64,000 bases of DNA from Dehalococcoidales bacterium (lineage in GTDB: Bacteria > Chloroflexota > Dehalococcoidia > Dehalococcoidales > UBA5760): NCBI GenBank assembly GCA_034414575.1, contig DAOULZ010000001.1, positions 4,458 through 68,457 on the forward strand, in the 5' to 3' direction. Positions 7,564-16,393 of this stretch are shown here, piece by piece. Position 1 is the first letter of the stretch; the number at the start of each line of letters is the position of its first letter. The notes under the pieces were generated by a model. It was not told where the DNA came from, searched no databases, and saw only the letters and a list, made by a program, of their open reading frames with translations. A program made the position numbers and the translations under genes.

Positions 7564-10500
7564 ATGCCTTTAGACCTAACTAAGTTATTACATCTCATCA
7601 ACAAAATGCCAGCCTACCGCCAGCTTATATCTGGGCTACGCCGGTCGGGTGACAGCGCCACGTTAACGGTGCTTGATGCTGCCAAGCCCTACCTGATAGC
7701 GGCTCTATACCATAGTCTAAAGAGACCGCTGTTCGTAGTCACCGCACAACCGGAGACCGCCAAAGGTCTCTACGAACAGATCCCAATTTGGTCCGCCGCC
7801 GTCGAGCCAAAGCTCCTCCCCGAGCCGGATGCCCTGCCCTACCAACGCCTTAGCTCAGACATATCCACTGAACTCGAGAGGTTAAAGGTGCTTTCGGCTT
7901 TAGCCAATTTAGACGGAGACCAACATCCCCCCCTGGTTATTACCTCAGTCCTCGCCCTTATGCAGAAGACAGTCTCGCACCGCGATTTTACCACTGCATT
8001 CCACACTGCAGAAGTAGGGCAAGAAATAGAACCGCTCCGCCTTCTGCAACGCTGGCAGACTATGGGCTATAAAATTGAAAACACCGTTGAGCTTCCCGGC
8101 ACTATCAGCCACCGGGGAGGTATCGTTGACATCTACCCACCATCCAGTGAGCTACCAGCAAGACTTGAGTTCTACGGCAACACTATAGAGAGCATCCGCC
8201 TCTTCGACCCGGCTACGCAGCGCTCGCAGCAAGCGGTAACCAAGATAGCGATTACGCCGGCCACGGAACTGGTAACGCCGCTACTAAAAACTAAAACCGA
8301 ACTGGAGTTAACCCTATCCAGCCTTGACCTGATGAGCTGTAATCCCAAGGCAAGCGAAGAGTTCCGGCAAGACTTCTCCAGGCTGGTTGAAAAACAGAGG
8401 CCGAGCAAACTACAATTCTATGCCCCGCTCTTTAATAAAGATAATATCCTGAGCTACCTGCCCCAGGATAGCCTGATAATACTCGATGAGCCTCGGAGTC
8501 TAGAATCGACGGCCAAGGACCTGGAGGCTAAAGCCAGCGAGTTACGCACTGAAAGGCGACGCCAGGGCGAGCTGCCGACCAACTTTCCCACCCTGTATTT
8601 CACCTGGGAAGAACTCGAGGCGAAAATGATGAGTCAGCCGCGCCTGTCGCTTGCCGGCTGGAGTGCAGCCTCTGGTGAGAGACCACACCGCCTGAACTTC
8701 ACCACCACCCCCAGCTACGCGGGACAATTACCAGCTTTCATTAGAAAGGCAAAGAAGCTCCTGAGCCAGAAACACCGACTTATCCTCATTAGCCAACAGG
8801 CAAGCCGCCTGTCAGAGCTACTCAACGAAGAGGATATCATTGCCCCACCCCTTACCCAAATCAGAGAGACACCACCACCGGGTTCACTGACCCTGCTTAA
8901 AGGTTCGCTGGCTAAGGGCTGGATCATGAATAGCGACTCCCACCTGTTGACTGATTATGAAATCTTCGGCCTAACAAAAGAGCGGCGAATGGTCAAAAAA
9001 CACCCGGTGCCACGACAGAAACTCCTTGCCGAACTAACCCCCGGCGACTATGTAGTGCATATTGAGCACGGCATTGCCCGATTTTCAGGCGTGACCACCC
9101 TCGAGACCAATAACAGCCAGAGGGAGTACCTAGTGCTCGGCTATGCAGATGATGATAAGCTCTACGTCCCTACCGACCAGATTCATCGGGTCAGCCGCTA
9201 TGTGGGCTCAAGCGACCGACCACCGGTGTTAAGCCGACTGGGCACCCAAGAGTGGGCACGAAGCAAAGAAAGGGCCAGAGAGGCTGTAGCCAGCATCGCT
9301 CAGGAGCTACTAGCCCTCTACGCCACCAGAGAAGTTGCCTCCGGTTTTGCCTTCTCCTCCGATACCGTATGGCAGCAGGAGCTTGAGGCTTCCTTCCCCT
9401 ATATGGAAACACCAGACCAGATTGAGGTACAAAGGCAGGTAAAGGAAGATATGACCAAAGCCAAGCCCATGGACAGACTGGTCTGCGGGGATGTGGGCTA
9501 CGGCAAGACAGAGATAGCCATCCGGGCTGCCTTCAAGGCAGTAATGGACAATAAGCAAGTGGCCGTGCTGGTACCGACCACCGTGCTCGCTCAGCAGCAC
9601 TTCGCCACCTTCAGTCAGAGATTGGGTGCCTTCCCGGTAAGGATTGAAGTATTAAGCCGATTCAAGACGTCCCAAGAGCAGCCGACTATCCTTGAAGACC
9701 TGGCCAAGGGCAGGGTGGACATCTGCATTGGCACCCACCGACTTTTGCAATCGGACGTCCTCTTCAAGGACTTAGGGCTGCTCATCATTGATGAAGAGCA
9801 GCGTTTCGGTGTCGCCCATAAGGAACACCTCAAACAGAAGCGCCGTGAGATAGATGTCCTTACCCTGAGCGCCACCCCTATCCCCCGCACCCTCCATATG
9901 TCCTTAGTGGGGATAAGAGATATAAGCACCATGGAGACCCCCCCTGAAGACCGCCTGCCGATTAAGACCTACGTCGCTCCGTACAACGATAGCCTCACCC
10001 GGGAAGCCATCCTCCGGGAGCTAGAGCGAAATGGCCAGGTTTTCTTCGTGCATAATCGGGTTGAGACTATCCCGGTTATCGCCGCTAGAGTTCAGTCCTT
10101 GGTACCAGAGGCTAACATAGCCATCGCCCACGGCCAGATGCCCGAGGATAAGTTAGAAGCCGTAATGACCGACTTTACTCAGGGTAAGATAGACATTCTG
10201 GTCTGCACCACCATTATTGAATCCGGGCTGGATATGCCCAACGTCAATACCCTGATCGTGAACCAGGCGGACAGGTTTGGCCTTACCCAACTGTATCAAC
10301 TAAGGGGGCGTGTCGGCCGGGGGGCTAATCTTGCCCACGCCTACCTCCTTTACGACCGGGGCAAACGACTAACCGACACCGCTGAGAAGCGCCTCAGGAC
10401 CATCTTTGAAGCCACCGAGCTTGGCGCCGGTTTTAACATCGCCATAAGGGACCTGGAGATTAGAGGCGCCGGCACCCTGCTGGGGACAAAACAGAGCGGG

Positions 10501-11025
10501 TACATCAGCGCCGTTGGGTTTAACCTATACTGCCGCCTGCTGGCGGAGGCGATAGAAGGGCAGAAAGCGAGGCTGGCCGGGACCCCGAAACCCAAACCAT
10601 CCCGACTGCCACCCCCGACCATAGACCTACCCCTCCACGCCTATATCCCCGATGATTACGTTAGTAATCTGGCCACCCGCCTGGCCCTCTACCACCGGCT
10701 GGCCGGGGTGGACTCAGCCGAGGAAATAAAGGCTCTGGCCAGCGAGCTCGGCGACCGCTTCGGCAAAATACCTAAAGAAGTTAAAAACCTGCTCTATTCG
10801 GTGAGGATTAAAGCTCTGGCAGCCAAAGCCGGTATTGAGTCCATCGCCACCGAGCACGGCCAGATTATAGTAAGGCCCTTTGAGGGGATGCGCTTTGATA
10901 AGCACAAGCTGGAGCCGCTCCAGCAGGACGGCATCAGGATAGGCTCAAACCAGATCAGGATAAACTATAAAAGGCTACCAGACTGGGGGAAGTTGCTGGA
11001 GGAGGTACTCTATAATATAGAGTGA
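7564..11025 (+). CDS. mfd: Transcription-repair coupling factor Mfd
   Basis: UvrB-homology region, RID (GDYVVHIEHGI), GDVGYGKT, DEEQRFG, SATPIPRT, QLRGRVGR, RDLEIRGAG. ATG 7564 preferred over TTG 7552. Confidence 0.98.
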   Translation: MPLDLTKLLHLINKMPAYRQLISGLRRSGDSATLTVLDAAKPYLIAALYHSLKRPLFVVTAQPETAKGLYEQIPIWSAAVEPKLLPEPDALPYQRLSSDISTELERLKVLSALANLDGDQHPPLVITSVLALMQKTVSHRDFTTAFHTAEVGQEIEPLRLLQRWQTMGYKIENTVELPGTISHRGGIVDIYPPSSELPARLEFYGNTIESIRLFDPATQRSQQAVTKIAITPATELVTPLLKTKTELELTLSSLDLMSCNPKASEEFRQDFSRLVEKQRPSKLQFYAPLFNKDNILSYLPQDSLIILDEPRSLESTAKDLEAKASELRTERRRQGELPTNFPTLYFTWEELEAKMMSQPRLSLAGWSAASGERPHRLNFTTTPSYAGQLPAFIRKAKKLLSQKHRLILISQQASRLSELLNEEDIIAPPLTQIRETPPPGSLTLLKGSLAKGWIMNSDSHLLTDYEIFGLTKERRMVKKHPVPRQKLLAELTPGDYVVHIEHGIARFSGVTTLETNNSQREYLVLGYADDDKLYVPTDQIHRVSRYVGSSDRPPVLSRLGTQEWARSKERAREAVASIAQELLALYATREVASGFAFSSDTVWQQELEASFPYMETPDQIEVQRQVKEDMTKAKPMDRLVCGDVGYGKTEIAIRAAFKAVMDNKQVAVLVPTTVLAQQHFATFSQRLGAFPVRIEVLSRFKTSQEQPTILEDLAKGRVDICIGTHRLLQSDVLFKDLGLLIIDEEQRFGVAHKEHLKQKRREIDVLTLSATPIPRTLHMSLVGIRDISTMETPPEDRLPIKTYVAPYNDSLTREAILRELERNGQVFFVHNRVETIPVIAARVQSLVPEANIAIAHGQMPEDKLEAVMTDFTQGKIDILVCTTIIESGLDMPNVNTLIVNQADRFGLTQLYQLRGRVGRGANLAHAYLLYDRGKRLTDTAEKRLRTIFEATELGAGFNIAIRDLEIRGAGTLLGTKQSGYISAVGFNLYCRLLAEAIEGQKARLAGTPKPKPSRLPPPTIDLPLHAYIPDDYVSNLATRLALYHRLAGVDSAEEIKALASELGDRFGKIPKEVKNLLYSVRIKALAAKAGIESIATEHGQIIVRPFEGMRFDKHKLEPLQQDGIRIGSNQIRINYKRLPDWGKLLEEVLYNIE

Positions 11026-11027
11026 TA

Positions 11028-11858
11028 TTACAAACCTACCACTTCACCCCCCAACCCCGAGCATTCAAGCAACTTCTCTCCAACTACTCGAAATATCGAC
11101 CTTTCATCTCCGTTAATATAAAAGGCGCTGGGACTCATATCCCAACTAAAATCTTCCTCAGTGCCCTCCCAACTCCAAAGCATAATTAGTGCCACCTGAG
11201 GTCTACTTGGAAATAGTTTTTGAGCAATCTCTCTAACATCAAAACTGAATATTCCAGATTTGGTTGTATCCAAAGCAAGAATACCAGGATAATCCTCAGG
11301 TAACTGATTTCTAGTCTTGTCCAATAGATTTCTTACAACTCCTTTTATTGTTTTCAGTCTATCCCATTTCTCACCTACCCTAGATTTGAGTGATTTAGCT
11401 ATGGACTGAAATGATGTTACCTCGCAATAAATATCTTGCTGCAAATAATAAAGAAGCATGTCTGCATACCCGTCTCTATGAGGTAATTCTGGTTCAATCT
11501 CTTTCAGTAGATTCTTTTGCCAGAACCACAGAGTTATGTCTATTTGAGCTAAGAATTCCTGATATTCATCCCAATCAGAAGCACCCTGTAAGCGAGGTTT
11601 CAATCTACCATATCCAGCAATTGAGTCTAACTCAGCCAGCCTCTTCTCTAGAGTTGGCAAATGCCTGTTTGCATCAATGCTAGATTTTTCATTCTCCAAA
11701 CGTTGTAAAAGTTGGTTTTTTAATCCACTTCTATATTGCTTCCTAATAAAATCAGCATCTAAAAACTGATAAATGTGGGGATATGCAGACAGCATCGATT
11801 GTAATCGCAAGGGACACTCGTTTTCCATATAAGCTAAATATAGAAACCTCAGGGGCAT
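11028..11858 (-). CDS. Hypothetical protein, possible PD-(D/E)XK nuclease fold
   Basis: 276-aa AT-rich ORF; EIEPE...ADMLL...IYCEVTS resembles a D..E-x-T nuclease core. Family call is by eye only. Confidence 0.5.
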   Translation of the reverse strand: MPLRFLYLAYMENECPLRLQSMLSAYPHIYQFLDADFIRKQYRSGLKNQLLQRLENEKSSIDANRHLPTLEKRLAELDSIAGYGRLKPRLQGASDWDEYQEFLAQIDITLWFWQKNLLKEIEPELPHRDGYADMLLYYLQQDIYCEVTSFQSIAKSLKSRVGEKWDRLKTIKGVVRNLLDKTRNQLPEDYPGILALDTTKSGIFSFDVREIAQKLFPSRPQVALIMLWSWEGTEEDFSWDMSPSAFYINGDERSIFRVVGEKLLECSGLGGEVVGL

Positions 11859-11864
11859 TAGTCA

Positions 11865-11918
11865 AGAGAGTTACAGGGATGAGCTTCGCCCCTCTTTCTA
11901 ATATCCCCCTATCCCCCC
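11865..11918. repeat. Degenerate copy of a dispersed intergenic repeat (homologous to 19984-20066)
   Basis: GAGTTACAGG...GCTTCGCCCCTCTT..CTAAT..CCCCCTATCCCCC aligns with GAGTTAAAGAGG..GCTCCGCCCCTCTT..CTAAT-CCCTCTCTCCTCC at about 20 kb. Confidence 0.65.
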
Positions 11919-11997
11919 AAAAGTCTATTTACTTATAATTCCAGAGTGCGGTATACTAACTCGAATAAATACTTAGTGACAGGAGGGAAAACAGCAT

Positions 11998-12687
11998 ATG
12001 GACTTCAATCAACTTGCCTGGGGAGCCGTCTGCTTCTACTACCGGTCACTTGGCGATAATAAATACAGCAAGATTATGCGGGACACCGACTTCCTTACCC
12101 GACTGAGACATGAGCCGTCCAACATCAGTGCCATCGAGTTTGAGGAGAAGGTGCTTTTAGACCATGTCAATATTGAAAACTATGACCTGCTTATCGGGCA
12201 CGGCCTGGCAAGGAACGTCCTGGATAAGATAATTCAGCTCCAGCCAGAGACCTTCGCCCTTAAGGACATTACCCTGCTTGATTGTGACCTCTCCGACCGC
12301 AATATAAGTGACAAAATAAACATAATATACTCAAGCGTTTACTCAGTTAACGGTCTGTGGCTAACCGGGGTATCAAAAATCGTGCACCTCCTGAATGATA
12401 AACTATTTCCCTTGCTAAACCTGAACATATCAAAGCACTTTGGAATTCTGGAAGGCGATACCAACCTGATTCAGTGGGCGAAAATCACCCAGCAGAATGC
12501 CAGAGAGGTTATTGAGGACTTTAAGAAACATAAACTCCCGGGGGCACCGGAGAAATTCCTCTCCGAAAAGCTCGGTTATACCCGCTATGGTTATGAGAAA
12601 TCTTTAGTTAAGTTCCTCGACGAGTTCTTCTGGTTACGCTTCGGAGATAACCTGCCCATCCCACCCCGATGGGTCCCCCCAGCGTAA
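11998..12687 (+). CDS. Hypothetical protein with possible helix-hairpin-helix glycosylase-like C-terminal half
   Basis: Strong SD AGGAGGG. GLWLTGVSKIVHLLNDKLFP and KSLVKFLDEFFW resemble G..T.ASK.LH...P.LFP and S..R.LD...W motifs of HhH-like orphan families. Confidence 0.5.
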   Translation: MDFNQLAWGAVCFYYRSLGDNKYSKIMRDTDFLTRLRHEPSNISAIEFEEKVLLDHVNIENYDLLIGHGLARNVLDKIIQLQPETFALKDITLLDCDLSDRNISDKINIIYSSVYSVNGLWLTGVSKIVHLLNDKLFPLLNLNISKHFGILEGDTNLIQWAKITQQNAREVIEDFKKHKLPGAPEKFLSEKLGYTRYGYEKSLVKFLDEFFWLRFGDNLPIPPRWVPPA

Positions 12688-12777
12688 TATCAAACCTTCG
12701 ATAAGCCCCTCATCCGTATGATGACAGATATAACAAAAGATCAATAACGCCCCTTATGCCCTGCTTCCCACAGTCCG

Positions 12778-12972
12778 CTAATCATCAAAAATGAATAGCT
12801 CATCAATATGAACCCCTAACGCCCTAGCTACATTGTAAGCCAGCCTCAGGGAAGGGTTATATTTCCCCTGCTCCAGGAAGACAATAGTCTCCCGCCTGAC
12901 CCCAACCAGTTCCGCCAGTCTTTCTTGTGTCAGGTTACGCTTGGTTCGGTATTCCTTTATTCTTGTTTTCAT
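12778..12972 (-). CDS. XRE/Cro-C1 helix-turn-helix transcriptional regulator
   Basis: RIKEYR...[32 protein letters not shown]. Confidence 0.93.
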   Translation of the reverse strand: MKTRIKEYRTKRNLTQERLAELVGVRRETIVFLEQGKYNPSLRLAYNVARALGVHIDELFIFDD

Positions 12973-12997
12973 TGGTATACTACTTAAGCTGAGATAT

Positions 12998-13624
12998 TCA
13001 TCCGGGCGGTTGGGCTAGTTGCTTTCTGGCCAGTCCCCGGACACATATAACCAGCCCGCCAACCAGCCCAACCGCAATCGCCCCCGGTGACAAGATAACG
13101 GCGATGATGAAGAAAACCGGCTCCTCAACCCCCAATAGAGCACTCACCGCGTTGTGGAGGATAAAACTGCTAACGCCGGCTCCAGCCGCGATTCCGGCTA
13201 CCCGCAGAAAGGTCTTCAGCCGTCGTAACTCACCCTCACTCAGCTTGGGCTCTATTCGGTCATAGAAGATATAGGACAGTAGATAGACCAGTCCGCCGGC
13301 TAAAAAGAGGCCGCTCGTGATATGTACCGGATTGCGGTCAGTAACATAGCTCAGATTTATGCTGAAGAACAGCATCAGTGCCGCCGAGGCGATAGCGAAG
13401 AAGATAAACCCATTGCGGGCTGACTTCCCCATATTTTGGCGTACCCTCTCATCAAAGGGCGGGAGTCTTCTTTTCCTTATCAAATGCCAGAACTCGCGGC
13501 GACCAATGATGAAGATTCCGACGGCCAGGGCGATGGCAACATAGTACTCCTTTAACGAGACAAGAAGAATCACTAGTACCAGAGCCATGATACCAGCCGC
13601 TAAGAGTGCTCTTCTCATTTTCAT
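12998..13624 (-). CDS. DUF2178-like membrane protein
   Basis: Multi-TM protein with [13 protein letters not shown] motif; its position directly upstream of an XRE HTH gene is the usual DUF2178 context. Confidence 0.7.
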   Translation of the reverse strand: MKMRRALLAAGIMALVLVILLVSLKEYYVAIALAVGIFIIGRREFWHLIRKRRLPPFDERVRQNMGKSARNGFIFFAIASAALMLFFSINLSYVTDRNPVHITSGLFLAGGLVYLLSYIFYDRIEPKLSEGELRRLKTFLRVAGIAAGAGVSSFILHNAVSALLGVEEPVFFIIAVILSPGAIAVGLVGGLVICVRGLARKQLAQPPG

Positions 13625-13637
13625 GGCGTCGCCCCCT

Positions 13638-13695
13638 GTTAGCTATTTCTAACGTTATATATTTCTAACATACAACATAACTTAAGTTTTGTCAA
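13638..13695 (-). promoter_or_regulatory. Promoter plus tandem palindromic operators of the DUF2178-HTH operon
   Basis: Minus TTGACA(13690-95)-N17-TATGTT(13667-72). Two abutting 16-mers GTTAGCTATTTCTAAC (13638-53) and GTTATATATTTCTAAC (13654-69). Confidence 0.7.
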
Positions 13696-13746
13696 TACCC
13701 CCAAAAGAATTAGGGTAAGTTTAGAGAGAAAATTGGAAAGTGCGGG

Positions 13747-14649
13747 CTAATCCAGCATGAGCTGTATCTGACGCCCGTTGGTTACCGCTTTATCCTGGTA
13801 ACAGTTGTTGAACAGCACATGGAGCTGGCGGGTCACCGAACTGAGGTGCTTGATCCGCGGCAGCCATTCCTTAAGCTCATCCTCGGAGTACAGATAGTTA
13901 AAACGCTCGGCGACGGTGATGCCGCCCTTCTCCCAGGTCTCTCTGTTTCTGCCGTGAAACCTGATGACCGCAATGTCAGAGGTAGCCTCCGCAATCGGCG
14001 GCAGACTGGACTTAAACCCCTGCGGTTCATCGACACATACCAAGGGTAAGTCGTTATCGCTCAGGAAATTCAAGGTGCTGGTAGCGTTTTTCTCATTTAG
14101 CCAAGAGCTATGTCGGAATTCCACAGCCAGCTTGTACTGGGGCAGTCTTACCTTACAGTCAAGGATATAGCGGCACGGCTCATCACCGGCATAAAACCAG
14201 GGCGGAAACTGAAAGAGAACTACTCCGAGCTTACCCGAGCTGTCCAGAGGCAGCAATGCCCGTTCAAAGCGGCGCCAGACCTCGTCTAATAAATCGCTGG
14301 GTAAATCGCGATAGTATAGGCTACTCCTCCCGGCTATTTCCTTAGGCAGCGCTTGCCTGATATCTTTCGGCAGCGAGTCTAACGGCGTCGGGTGCCGCGT
14401 AAAGAGACGGAACGCCTTAACGTCAAATATGAAGCTGTCCCCGGTTCTTCTTGCCCAGAGCCCGCTGGTCCTTTCACTGGGTAGAGCGTAGTAGGTGCTA
14501 TCCACCTCAACTATGGGAAACTGGCTGGCATAATACCGAAGCCGGACTTCGGCAGAGCGGGCCCAACCAGGATAGAAGCGCCCGCTTTCAATAAGAGTCG
14601 GGTCTGTCCAAGAACAGGTGCCAACCAGAATATCACCCATGGGTGCCAC
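13747..14649 (-). CDS. DUF72 (YecE) family protein
   Basis: VGTCSW, YASQFPIVEVDSTYY, FDVKAF, LFQFPPWF, AVEFRH, RFHGRN, FNYLYSEDEL, LFNN. Confidence 0.93.
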   Translation of the reverse strand: MAPMGDILVGTCSWTDPTLIESGRFYPGWARSAEVRLRYYASQFPIVEVDSTYYALPSERTSGLWARRTGDSFIFDVKAFRLFTRHPTPLDSLPKDIRQALPKEIAGRSSLYYRDLPSDLLDEVWRRFERALLPLDSSGKLGVVLFQFPPWFYAGDEPCRYILDCKVRLPQYKLAVEFRHSSWLNEKNATSTLNFLSDNDLPLVCVDEPQGFKSSLPPIAEATSDIAVIRFHGRNRETWEKGGITVAERFNYLYSEDELKEWLPRIKHLSSVTRQLHVLFNNCYQDKAVTNGRQIQLMLD

Positions 14650-14702
14650 TCCTTATCTCTCCGCATTAAATTTCAGCACCCAGAAGGATGCTAGTTGTCA
14701 GT

Positions 14703-15428
14703 CTACGGCTGATACCTGCTTAGAATCGCCCGGGCTCTATCACGGGCCGCCCTCTCAAGGTCAGACGCTGGTGCTGAGGGAAGCCGGTCGAGAAAGGCCC
14801 TGAGCTCTGCTGCTATCTCCTCAGTCTTAAGCCGAGCCTGCTCTTCATTGAGCGCCTTATAGCCCTGGAGCTTACGCGGGCCCTCGCTGCCGCTCTCCGC
14901 GAAATACCAGTCCTTAAAGCCAGCCCCGCAGCCGATTAAGAACATCATATAGCCCAGCGGCGTAGCCGCGGGAGGGATGCCCAGAGACAGTGAGCGAGCC
15001 GTATCCTGCTCGGCCGGGCTATCATACTCAACCATCAGGTGACCACCCGGTGGAATCAGACTAGCTAGATACTGAAATAGCTGCTGAGCTGGTCCGCCAG
15101 CAGTTATATCTAGCACCAGCTCAACTGAGCCAAAGCTCAGCCGCGGCACGAAGCTAATAACCTCAACCCAGTTATAGCTGGGATACCTACCCTGGTTAAA
15201 GAGACCAAGCAGCACCGGCTGGTTGCTTACCTTTCCAAAGGTGTTCTGCAGGAACACCCGAAAGTAACGGGCACCGAATCTATTATTCATCCCCAGCCAG
15301 ACGAGTAACTTATGTGAGTCGAGGCTTTTCCCCTGAAGGCTACCTAAAGGGTGCCGCTGGTTAGCCAAAGCCCATCCCTTCTCCAGCAAGCCATCGCCAG
15401 CAGAACCTTTGGGTAACATCAACATCAC
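14703..15428 (-). CDS. DUF1122 family protein
   Basis: YNWVEV, PGGHLMVEY, PPAATPLG, FKDWYFAESGSEGPRKLQ. Confidence 0.8.
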   Translation of the reverse strand: MMLMLPKGSAGDGLLEKGWALANQRHPLGSLQGKSLDSHKLLVWLGMNNRFGARYFRVFLQNTFGKVSNQPVLLGLFNQGRYPSYNWVEVISFVPRLSFGSVELVLDITAGGPAQQLFQYLASLIPPGGHLMVEYDSPAEQDTARSLSLGIPPAATPLGYMMFLIGCGAGFKDWYFAESGSEGPRKLQGYKALNEEQARLKTEEIAAELRAFLDRLPSAPASDLERAARDRARAILSRYQP

Positions 15429-15561
15429 CTACCCTCCCCAGTTTTCGGTATCATAGGTTACCATCACCTCGTTGTCAATTCTGATAGCCTTCCTGCCTAC
15501 ACTTGACAAACTTCCAGTTGTGTGGTGTATAATTTTATGTCTAGAGGTCTATTAGACCGGA

Positions 15562-15634
15562 CGGTTAGCAGTTTGCATTACCATCGTGCAGTTTCGTACC
15601 AGCTCTCAAGCCATGGATGACCAAACTGAAACCG
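15562..15634 (+). promoter_or_regulatory. Structured 5' leader of the zinc-ribbon gene
   Basis: CGGTT/AACCG, CAGTTTG/CAAACTG, CAT/ATG and CCAT/ATGG form a long stem closing just before the SD. Upstream TTGACA(15503-08) and TATAAT(15528-33), 19-nt spacer. Confidence 0.55.
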
Positions 15635-15658
15635 AATACCAAAGAAGGGAGGACATCC

Positions 15659-15967
15659 GTGAGCTACGAGGACAAAACCTTAACCTGTGTCGAGTGTGGC
15701 ACAAGCTTCACCTTCAGCGCCCAAGAGCAGGAGTTCTTTGCTGCCAAGGGGCTCGCCAATGAGCCCAAACGTTGTCCCGACTGCCGACAAGCCCGAAGGC
15801 AACAGCGCCGGGAATCGTATGGTGACGACAGCTACGGCTACCGACGGCCGAGGCAAATGCACGATGCGATATGTGCGTCGTGTGGCAAAGAGACACAGGT
15901 ACCATTTGAGCCTAGGGAAGGACGACCCGTATACTGCAGCGAATGCTACGCTAAAGTCAGGGGTTAA
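15659..15967 (+). CDS. Zinc-ribbon / CxxC-x17-CxxC domain protein
   Basis: SYEDKTLTCVECG..F.FSAQEQEFFA.KGL.NEPKRCPDCR and MHDAICASCGKETQVPFEPREGRPVYCSECY. GTG 15659 follows SD GGGAGG. Confidence 0.92.
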   Translation: MSYEDKTLTCVECGTSFTFSAQEQEFFAAKGLANEPKRCPDCRQARRQQRRESYGDDSYGYRRPRQMHDAICASCGKETQVPFEPREGRPVYCSECYAKVRG

Positions 15968-15992
15968 ACCCGTATTTCAAAGGCCAAACTAA

Positions 15993-16035
15993 AGAGGAGA
16001 GGTGGCACGATAAGACGCCTCTCCTCTCTTGTTTA
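15993..16035 (+). terminator. Intrinsic terminator after the zinc-ribbon gene
   Basis: AGAGGAGAGG(15993-16002)/CCTCTCCTCT(16018-27) stem followed by CTTGTTT. Confidence 0.75.
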
Positions 16036-16317
16036 ACTTCGCCGGCTTTCCTCCACCCAACTAGTCAAGCACTATCTTCACGGGTAATTAATAAAGAACA
16101 TCACCAAGAAACTGACTTGCCACACCCACCGTTACCTGTTGGGGTATTATATCATATATGATGGCACTTTTATCTATTCCTTTGGGAAATTAGGGCGGAA
16201 ATTTGACGAAGCTTTATAACGCACCGGCACTTGATAGACGTGCCACAGGTAATCTTGCCACCAGCCAAATCATGCCGCAAAAAGCGGTCATTCTCGCATC
16301 TCACATCGGCCCAGCAA

Positions 16318-16346
16318 TTGACAAACAAGAGCCAAAGTGGTAGATT
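16318..16346 (+). promoter_or_regulatory. sigma70-type promoter of the hrcA operon
   Basis: TTGACA(16318-23)-N17-TAGATT(16341-46) with extended TG. Confidence 0.8.
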
Positions 16347-16355
16347 TAATTGTAA

Positions 16356-16382
16356 TTAGCAATCTCAAGCTGCGACTGCTAA
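16356..16382 (+). promoter_or_regulatory. CIRCE element (HrcA operator)
   Basis: TTAGCAATC-TCAAGCTGC-GACTGCTAA versus consensus TTAGCACTC-N9-GAGTGCTAA, one mismatch per arm; lies between the promoter and the hrcA ATG. Confidence 0.92.
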
Positions 16383-16393
16383 TCAGGTTTAAG

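Noticed and set aside
16151-16244. ATCATATATGAT palindrome, a TGGCAC (sigma54 -24-like) and GGCAC-N9-GTGCC upstream of hrcA
   Set aside because: TGGCAC lacks the -12 TTGC; GGCAC-N9-GTGCC has the wrong spacing for CIRCE; the true CIRCE and promoter at 16318-16382 already explain regulation.
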